Shown: positions 1 to 6,559 of the stretch, piece by piece | Numbering within the stretch: position 1 is the stretch's first letter | Layout of the letters: every line of letters begins with the position of its first letter | NCBI RefSeq assembly: GCF_000195955.2 | Contig: NC_000962.3 | Location: forward strand, 330,001-362,000 | Direction: 5' to 3' | Length of the DNA stretch: 32,000 bases | Source: Mycobacterium tuberculosis H37Rv | GTDB lineage: Bacteria > Actinomycetota > Actinomycetes > Mycobacteriales > Mycobacteriaceae | The notes under the pieces: generated by a model | The model's database searches: none | What the model was told of the DNA's origin: nothing | The model's input: only the letters and a program-made list of their open reading frames with translations | Position numbers and translations under genes: made by a program

Positions 1-325
1 CGCTGATCGCTTCTGCGAGGCGGTTGCGGTAGGTGTACCAATGGGCGGCAGCGGCTTCATACGCGCGCTCGCGGTCGGATAGGCCGTGCCGGATCACCGA
101 CAATGCCCGCTGGTTGGCGTCGTCGCGGAAGCGCAGCGCCCACTGCCGGACCATCGCCTCTTTGGAGTCGTAGTAGTTGTAAAAGGATGCCGCCGAGCGG
201 CCGGCTTCGGCGGTGATGTCGGCGACGGTGGTCGCCAGGATTCCGTTGCGCACCACGACCGTCCGCGCGGCGGCGTCGATTGCGGCCTGGGTCCGCCGAC
301 CGCGTTGCGTCGGGAAGTCCGGCAC
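1..325 (-). CDS. TetR-family transcriptional regulator, N-terminal portion only (gene continues past the left edge); equivalent of H37Rv Rv0273c
   Basis: Absent from the ORF track because it is open at the window edge. Minus-strand reading from GTG (323..325) gives VPDFPTQRGRRTQAAIDAAARTVVVRNGILATTVADITAEAGRSAASFYNYYDSKEAMVRQW..., a textbook TetR helix-turn-helix. GGAGG lies 6 nt upstream of the GTG. Confidence 0.85.
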   Translation of the reverse strand, partial: MPDFPTQRGRRTQAAIDAAARTVVVRNGILATTVADITAEAGRSAASFYNYYDSKEAMVRQWALRFRDDANQRALSVIRHGLSDRERAYEAAAAHWYTYRNRLAEAIS

Positions 326-348
326 CTGGGCACCTCCCTGGAACAAAA

Positions 349-370
349 CTGAACCTGATGTTAGATTCAG
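349..370. promoter_or_regulatory. Candidate TetR operator: imperfect 22-bp palindrome CTGAACCTGATGTTAGATTCAG in the divergent Rv0273c/Rv0274-like intergenic region
   Basis: Read directly: 8 of 11 half-site positions are self-complementary, followed by a tandem GATTCAGATTCAG. It lies between divergent starts at 325 (-) and 422 (+). There is no binding evidence. Confidence 0.25.
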
Positions 371-421
371 ATTCAGAGCTTGGCCAGGCCGCCGTCCCGG
401 GGAGCCAATGGGAGCCGCACG

Positions 422-1003
422 ATGATCAAGCCGCACAACACCAACACCGAATTCGAGCTTGGTGGGATCAACCACGTCGCGCTGGTGTGTTCGGACATGG
501 CGCGCACCGTGGACTTCTACAGCAACATCCTGGGGATGCCGCTGATCAAGGCGCTCGATCTGCCCGGCGGCCAAGGGCAGCACTTCTTCTTTGACGCCGG
601 CAACGGCGATTGTGTCGCCTTCTTCTGGTTCGCCGATGCACCTGATCGGGTGCCCGGTCTTTCGTCGCCGGTTGCCATCCCCGGCATCGGCGACATCACC
701 AGCGCGGTGAGCACCATGAACCATCTGGCGTTTCATGTACCCGCCGAAAGGTTCGACGCCTACCGGCAGCGGCTCAAGGACAAAGGCGTGCGGGTCGGCC
801 CGGTGCTCAACCATGACGACAGCGAGACGCAGGTGTCCGCGGTGGTGCATCCCGGTGTGTACGTACGCTCGTTCTACTTCCAGGACCCCGATGGGATAAC
901 TCTGGAATTCGCTTGCTGGACAAAGGAATTCACTACGAGCGACGCGCAGGCCGTGCCGAAGACGGCGGCTGACCGGCGACCTCCGGTGGCTGCGGATCGT
1001 TAG
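422..1003 (+). CDS. VOC (glyoxalase / bleomycin-resistance / extradiol dioxygenase) family protein, 193 aa; Rv0274 equivalent
   Basis: ORF 380..1003. The ATG at 422 (MIKPHNTNTEFELGGINHVALVCSDMARTVDFY...) gives the 193-aa length I recall for Rv0274. GINHVAL and NHLAFHV are typical paired beta-alpha-beta-beta-beta VOC modules. Confidence 0.85.
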   Translation: MIKPHNTNTEFELGGINHVALVCSDMARTVDFYSNILGMPLIKALDLPGGQGQHFFFDAGNGDCVAFFWFADAPDRVPGLSSPVAIPGIGDITSAVSTMNHLAFHVPAERFDAYRQRLKDKGVRVGPVLNHDDSETQVSAVVHPGVYVRSFYFQDPDGITLEFACWTKEFTTSDAQAVPKTAADRRPPVAADR

Positions 1004-1658
1004 CCCCGGATTTGGCAGCTGTTGCCGCTACCCGGGGACGGGACAAGTTTGGGTCGGTGAGTTCATCGAGCAGCGCAGCTAGCTGATCGACCAGCTGGTC
1101 GGGATCGAGTCGCACGTCACCGGCCAGCCAGGCGCTGATGGTCTGCCCGACGCCGCCGACGGCGAAGTGTGCGACCGCCTTGACGTGGTCATTTGCCGGT
1201 GCGTGCAGGGTGTCGACGGCATGTTGGCCGGACAGCATGGCGAACAGGGCGCTGGATTCCGCACGCTTGCGGGTGATCACTGCGTTGGCCAGCTGTGTGC
1301 TGAACAGCAGGCGTCCGACGCGGGCGTCTGCGGTGATGGTCCGCACGATGTTGGCCATGCCCGCGCGAGTCTGCTCCCGCGCCGGTACCGCCGTGACCGC
1401 GGCCTGAGTGGTGGCGACCAGCTCGGCCACCACCCAGTCGAACACGCGGCCGACGAATTCGTCCTTGTCGGTGAAGCTTTCGTAGAAGTAGCGCACCGAC
1501 AGGCCGGCCCGCCGGCAAATGGTGCGGATGGTTAGCTCGGCGATGTCGTGCTGGTCGGACCCCAACAGGTCCAGGCCGGCAGAGAGCGACTGGCGACGGC
1601 GCGTCGCCAGTCGCTCGGCGGCCTCGACGCCGCGGTAGGGTCGATCACTGCGCGTCAT
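933..1658 (-). CDS. TetR-family transcriptional regulator, 241 aa; Rv0275c equivalent
   Basis: ORF 933..1667. N-terminal HTH LTIRTICRRAGLSVRYFYESFTDKDEF. ATG 1658 (MTRSDRP...) gives 241 aa; ATG 1667 is an alternative start 3 codons upstream. The 3' end overlaps the convergent gene by 71 nt. Confidence 0.85.
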   Translation of the reverse strand: MTRSDRPYRGVEAAERLATRRRQSLSAGLDLLGSDQHDIAELTIRTICRRAGLSVRYFYESFTDKDEFVGRVFDWVVAELVATTQAAVTAVPAREQTRAGMANIVRTITADARVGRLLFSTQLANAVITRKRAESSALFAMLSGQHAVDTLHAPANDHVKAVAHFAVGGVGQTISAWLAGDVRLDPDQLVDQLAALLDELTDPNLSRPRVAATAAKSGANDPQPPEVAGQPPSSARPARRS

Positions 1659-1747
1659 ACGGATCATCTTGACACTCGGGCACGATACCGGCCAATATCA
1701 GGATACAGGTGTTTCCATAATTAGCGGCAGCGCCGGGAGGCCTTCGG

Positions 1748-2668
1748 ATGGCGATTTCGCTGGTGGCTCACCAGCCCATCCCCCACGTCGAGCGTCCCAT
1801 GGCCGACCCACCCCGTCTCCAGCTGGCCAGGCGCCGGCGATCGGCGGCCGGCCCCGGCGGTAACGAGGACAGCTTGATGGGAGTGGCGCTGCTAGCCGGC
1901 CCGGCCAACGTGATCATGGAGTTGGCGATGCCGGGTGTCGGCTACGGCGTGTTGGAGAGCCGTGTCGAAAGCGGCCGGCTGGACCGCCATCCGATCAAGC
2001 GGGCGCGCACCACCTTTACCTACGTTGCGGTGGCCGTTGCCGGCAGCGACGACCAGAAGGCGGCCTTTCGTCGCGCGGTGAATAAGGTTCACGCGCAGGT
2101 GTATTCGACTCCGGAGAGCCCGGTGTCCTACCACGCGTTCGATCCCGAACTACAGCTGTGGGTGGCGGCATGCCTCTATAAGGGCGGCGTCGACGTCTAC
2201 CGCACCTTCGTCGGCGAGATGGACGACGAAGAGGCCGACCATCATTACCGCGCGGGCATGGCGATGGGCACCACGTTGCAGGTGCCGCCGCAGATGTGGC
2301 CACCGGATCGGGCGGCCTTCGACCGCTACTGGCGGCAATCACTGGACAGGGTGCACATCGATGACGTCGTTCGCGACTACCTGTATCCGATCGTGGCGCT
2401 CCGAATTCGCGGGATCGCACTGCCGGGTCCGCTGCGGCGGCTGTCGGAGGGTATCGCGCTGCTGATCACCACCGGTTTCCTGCCGCAGCGGTTTCGCGAC
2501 GAGATGCGGTTGCCGTGGGACGCGACCAAGCAGCGGCGCTTTGACGCGCTCATGGCCGTGCTGCGCACGGTGAATCGCCTGATGCCGCGGTTTGTCCGGG
2601 AGTTCCCGTTCAACCTGATGCTCTGGGACCTGGACCGGCGGATGAGGCGCGGGCGCCCGCTGGTGTAA
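1748..2668 (+). CDS. Conserved hypothetical protein, 306 aa (Rv0276 equivalent); possibly DUF2236/MpaB-like oxygenase family (family assignment from memory, unverified)
   Basis: Clean 306-aa ORF divergent from the TetR gene at 933..1658. Coding-type composition with no PGRS-like repeats. Confidence 0.75.
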   Translation: MAISLVAHQPIPHVERPMADPPRLQLARRRRSAAGPGGNEDSLMGVALLAGPANVIMELAMPGVGYGVLESRVESGRLDRHPIKRARTTFTYVAVAVAGSDDQKAAFRRAVNKVHAQVYSTPESPVSYHAFDPELQLWVAACLYKGGVDVYRTFVGEMDDEEADHHYRAGMAMGTTLQVPPQMWPPDRAAFDRYWRQSLDRVHIDDVVRDYLYPIVALRIRGIALPGPLRRLSEGIALLITTGFLPQRFRDEMRLPWDATKQRRFDALMAVLRTVNRLMPRFVREFPFNLMLWDLDRRMRRGRPLV

Positions 2669-2707
2669 TCGCCGGCTTCGCGTGGACCGTTGCCGGTAGA
2701 CCGCTCG

Positions 2708-3136
2708 CTAGATTGGCGGGCGAATATGGCGCACAGAGGCAAACCGGGCGAAATCCCTATCCAGGCTCACCACGGCGCAGTGATGCTCCACGGCGATGGC
2801 CCCGAGTACCGCGTCAGGTATCAAGTCGCCCGATGCGTCGGCCTCGTCGCAGAGTTTTCGCAGCAGCACCAGGTGTCTGGGGCCGGGGCTTGTCGGAAGG
2901 TGATGGGGCTGGGCGTTGACGGCTTCGACGAATGCGAATGCATCCGCTCGTGGTGACGGAATCTCGAAGATGCGTCGATTCGTTGTTAGCCGGAGGAACG
3001 ACGCCCACACTAGGTTCGGCACTGTGAAGGGGTCGTCGGCCGCAAGCAGTCGATCGAACCAGGGGCGGACGGTTCGGTGATTCGGATGGTCACCGCGGTG
3101 TGCAGCCAGCAGCACGTTGACGTCGATGAGGAACAT
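2708..3136 (-). CDS. vapC25: PIN-domain ribonuclease toxin VapC25, 142 aa (Rv0277c equivalent)
   Basis: [23 protein letters not shown]... with the PIN signature: N-terminal D in FLIDVNVL, then later acidic residues CDEADASGD and SLDRDF. Located just downstream of an antitoxin-like frame. Confidence 0.9.
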
Positions 3137-3159
3137 CGCCTATTTGTGCCTGTCCAGGC

Positions 3160-3417
3160 TCACTTCCGCGAGTTCAGTTCCAGACCCTCGTCGAGCACTT
3201 CGGACAACACCGTATTCGAGGTTAGGTCGATACCTGGCCGCGGACCGGTGCCGGCGTCAAAAACGGGGACGGTTGGCCGGGCGCCGCCGGTACGGGCGGC
3301 GGCGAGCTCCCGCCGAAGGGCGTCTTCGATCACAGCGCCCAGCGATTAACCACGCTCGCGGGCCCGGCGTTTGGCGGTAGCCAGTAGTTCATCCGAGATT
3401 GACACGGTGGTGCGCAT
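3160..3417 (-). pseudogene. vapB25: vapB25 antitoxin frame (85 sense codons) interrupted by an in-frame TAA at codon 24. The longest intact segment is 3160..3333 (GTG start, 57 codons)
   Basis: Not in the ORF track (pieces under 60 aa). Minus strand from ATG 3417: [23 protein letters not shown], then TAA (3346..3348), then [61 protein letters not shown], then TGA (3160..3162). The N-terminus matches the RHH-type VapB pattern MRTTLxxDDxLL. Confidence 0.6.
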
Positions 3418-3436
3418 GATGCTCAGGATAGCGCAT

Positions 3437-6310
3437 CTACGGCATCATCTGCGGTGAGCAACTGATGCCCTCAACGCCGCGTGTGGTCGCAGGTCTGCCT
3501 GCTATGGCAAGCCGTTGAGTCCGTTCTCGCCGAGCAGCAGCCCGCCGGTGCCGCCGGCACCGGGCGTGGCCCCGGCTTTGCCGGCGTTGCCGCCGTTGCC
3601 GCCGTTGCCGATCAGCACGGCGTTGCCGCCGACACCACCGCTGCCGCCGGTACCGGCGCCAAACCCGCCGGCAACCCCCGTCACCGCCGTTGCCGAACAC
3701 CCCGGCGTGGCCACCGTCACCGCCGGTGCCGCCGGTACCGGCGCCTAGAGCGTTGGCACCGCTGCCGCCGGCGCCGCCGGCGCCGGCGGAGCCGAAGAGC
3801 AAGCCGCCGTTCCCGCCGGCGCCGCCGGCGCCGCCTTGCTGGATGCTGGTAAGTGCTGCCCCGCCGTGCCCGCCGGCGCCGCCGGCGCCGCGGAAGCCGA
3901 AGAGTAAGGCGCCGTTCCCGCCGGTTCCGCCGGCCCCGCCGGCAAGGGAGCTGGCGCCACCGCTGCCGCCGGCGCCACCGGAGGCGCCGAGGGAGAGTAG
4001 GCCGGCGTTGCCGCCGTGCCCGCCGCCGCCGGTGGTGATCCCGGACCCTCCCGAGCCGGCGGCGCCGCCGGTGCCGCCGGCTCCGAACAGTCCGCCGTTC
4101 CCGCCGTTCCCACCGGCCCCGAAGTTCGTGCCGGCCCCGCCGGTGCCGCCAGTTCCGAACAGTCCGCCGTTCCCGCCGTTCCCGCCGGCTGCGTTGAACC
4201 CGCCGGCCCCTCCGGCTCCGCCGTTGGCGAACAGTCCGCCGTTGCCGCCGGCGCCGCCGACGCCGGCCGGGACACCGCCAGCGGCGCCGTGGCCGCCGGT
4301 GCCGGCCGCGCCGAAGAGCAAACCGGCGTCGCCGCCGCGCCCGCCGGCCCCGCCGATGCCAGCGACGCCTATGGAGTTCCCACCGTTGCCGCCGGTGCCG
4401 CCGGAGCCGATCAGCAAGGAGACCCCACCGGCGCCGCCGGCCCCGCCGATCCCTCCAGCACCGGTGGCTATCCCGCCGGTCCCGCCATTGCCACCGGTAC
4501 CGAACAAGATCCCGCCGGCCCCGCCGGCCCCGCCCGTAGCCGTGGCGGCGGTGTTGGTCGCACCGTGCCCGCCGTTACCGCCGTTGCCGAACAACCACCC
4601 GCCGGCCCCGCCGGCAGCCCCGGTCCCCGGGGTCCCGTTGGCGCCGTTGCCGAACAGCCACCCGCCGGCCCCGCCGTCAGCCCCGGTTCCAGGAGTCCCG
4701 TTGGCGCCGTTGCCGATCAGCGGGCGGCCGGTGAGCGTCTGGAAGGGCTCGTTCACCACATTGAGCACATTTTGCTGCAGGGTGTGCAGTGGCGAGGTGC
4801 TCGCGGGAGCATTGAATCCGTCTAGACCGAGCAGCAGCCCGCTGACGCCGCCCACTCCGGCCTTGCCCGCGCCAATCCCACCGCTACCGCCGTTACCGCC
4901 ATTGCCGATCAACACGCCGGTGCCGCCGATCCCGCCGTTGCCGCCGGTCACCGCGCTGGCGCCACCGTTACCGCCGTTGCCGCCGTTACCGATCAGCCCG
5001 GGGGTGCCGCCAGCCCCACCGATCCCGCCGGCGAAGCCCTGGCCAACTCCGCCGTTGCCGCCGGCGCCGCCGGAGCCGAAGACCGTGCCGGCGTTGCCCC
5101 CGGGGCCGCCTTGCCCGCCGTCGGCGAAGCCGAATCCGCCGGCGCCGCCGGAGCCGCCGGAGCCGAAGAGCAGCCCAGCGTTGCCGCCGGCGCCGCCGGC
5201 GCCGCCTATGCCGCCGGCCGTGAGAGTACCGCCGTCCCCACCGATTCCGCCGGCGCCGCCCGCGGCGCCGAGGGCGAGCATGCCGGCATTGCCGCCGGCC
5301 CCGCCGTCCCCGCCGGCGACCAGGCTGTGTCCGCCGCTGCCGCCTTCCCCGCCTGCGCCGAACAGCCCGCCGGCCCCGCCGGCCCCGCCGACTCCGCCGA
5401 AGCTGCTGTCGGCGAACCCGCCATGCCCGCCGGTGCCGCCGGCGCCGAACAGCCCGCCAGCGCCACCGGCCCCACCGGCCCCGCCGGAGCTGCCGGCCCC
5501 ACCGGATCCGCCGACCCCGCCGGTGGCGAACAGCCCGCCGGCCCCGCCGGCGCCGCCCGCCCCGCCGAGTGCACTGCCGTTCGTGAATCCGCCGGCCCCG
5601 CCGACTCCGGCGGCGCCGAAGAGCAGGCCGGCGTTGCCGCCAGCCCCGCCGGCGCCGCCGGCCCCGCCCGTGAGGGCTACTACGCCGCCGCCGGCGCCGC
5701 CGGCGCCGCCGGCGCCGAACAGCATGGCGTTGCCGCCGGCTCCGCCGGACCCGCCGATCCCACTGCTGGCGACCCCGCCAGCGCCGCCGGCGCCGCCGTT
5801 GCCGATGAGCCCGCCGGCGCCGCCGTTGCCGCCGGCGCCGCCGTTGCCGCCGGCGCCGCCGTTGACGCCGGCCGCGCCGGATCCTCCGGCGCCGCCGTTG
5901 CCGATTAACCAGCCGCCGTCCCCGCCATTGGCCCCGGTGCCGGGGGCGCCGTTGGCGCCGTTGCCGATCAACGGGCGCCCGGTATTCGCCAGGAAGAACT
6001 CGTTGATCGGATCCAGCAGCGGCGACACCGCGGCGGCCTCGGCGGCCGCATAGGCGCCGCCACCGGAGGTCAATGCCTGCACGAACTGGGCATGAAACGC
6101 CTGCGCTTGGGCGCTGAGCGCCTGATAGGCCTGGCCGTGGGCGCCGAACAGCGCGGCGATGGCTGTCGACACCTCGTCGGCGCCCGCGGCCATCAGTGCC
6201 GTGGTGTTGGCCGCCGCGGCTGCGTTTGCCGCGCTGATGCTCGATCCGAGACTGGCCAAATCCGTTGCCGCTGCCGCGATAACCTCTGGCGCCGCAATCA
6301 CAAACGACAT
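3437..6310 (-). CDS. PE_PGRS3: PE_PGRS family protein PE_PGRS3, 957 aa, with a 78-aa arginine-rich C-terminal tail (Rv0278c equivalent)
   Basis: ORF 3437..6331. The canonical PE start [25 protein letters not shown] is at ATG 6310, with GGGAGG 6 nt upstream. It has YxxxE (YAAAE), a GRPLI linker, long GGA/GGN repeats, and ends in [13 protein letters not shown]... Confidence 0.9.
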
Positions 6311-6379
6311 CTGACACCTCCCAATACGCATGACCGCTCTGTCATGCCGACCCGGGGAACGTCACCAGCAAAAATCGGC
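6258..6379. repeat. 122-bp segment identical to 9021..9142 (first 53 nt of the PE coding sequence plus 69 nt upstream, including the RBS)
   Basis: Base-by-base comparison of the two PE_PGRS 5' regions. Identity ends at 6379/9142 (next base A versus G). Confidence 0.9.
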
Positions 6380-6510
6380 AGTAAGAAGCATCCCATTTCC
6401 AGCGACAACACCTGGGGGGTTTTGGTCAAACTCTGGTAAGCGACTTCGTGTACCGGGTGAACCCGGTGTGTCTTGAAGGACAGCCCGCAGGCTGATGCTG
6501 GGGGATCTGG

Positions 6511-6534
6511 GCCGGCCGACCATGGCTGGCCGGC
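6511..6534 (-). terminator. Candidate stem-loop terminator downstream of PE_PGRS4 (GCCGGCC-10 nt-GGCCGGC)
   Basis: A 7-bp GC stem with a 10-nt loop, 26 nt beyond the PE_PGRS4 stop on the minus strand. No U-tract, so this is weak. Confidence 0.2.
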
Positions 6535-6559
6535 TGTTGGTCTGATGGCCGGTTCGCGG

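Noticed and set aside
86-594. Plus-strand ORFs 86..352, 213..425 and 280..594 at the left edge
   Set aside because: They overlap the clearly TetR-encoding minus strand and the intergenic region, and have no recognisable domains. They are composition artefacts.
1684-1706. GATAC…TATC-AG-GATAC short repeats in the Rv0275c/Rv0276-like divergent region as a TetR operator
   Set aside because: The arms are only 4-5 bp, which is easily found by chance. This is too weak to report as a feature.
3690-6053. 787-aa plus-strand ORF rich in PPAPP (and the analogous 762-aa ORF at 6570..8858, plus 31549..31995 on the minus strand)
   Set aside because: These are antisense shadows of the GGC/GCC-repeat PGRS coding sequence. 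GGN GGN read on the opposite strand gives CCN (Pro) runs. They have no PE/PPE-like N-terminus or RBS, and the opposite strand carries a canonical PE start with SD.
4986-6317. Arg-rich alternative-frame ORFs within the PGRS genes (for example 4986..6317 minus, 6619..7224 plus, 7744..7962, 8368..8589)
   Set aside because: Frame-shifted readings of GGC-GGC repeats (CGG = Arg) give stop-free frames by composition alone. Only the 3437..3673 tail of PE_PGRS3 is contiguous with a real start, through the documented 1-nt shift.
6452-6467. Hairpin ACCGGGT-GA-ACCCGGT between the two PE_PGRS genes as a terminator
   Set aside because: The nominal loop is only 2 nt (effectively a 6-bp stem with a 4-nt loop) and there is no U-tract. 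It is kept only as a note. The 6511..6534 stem-loop is listed as a low-confidence candidate instead.
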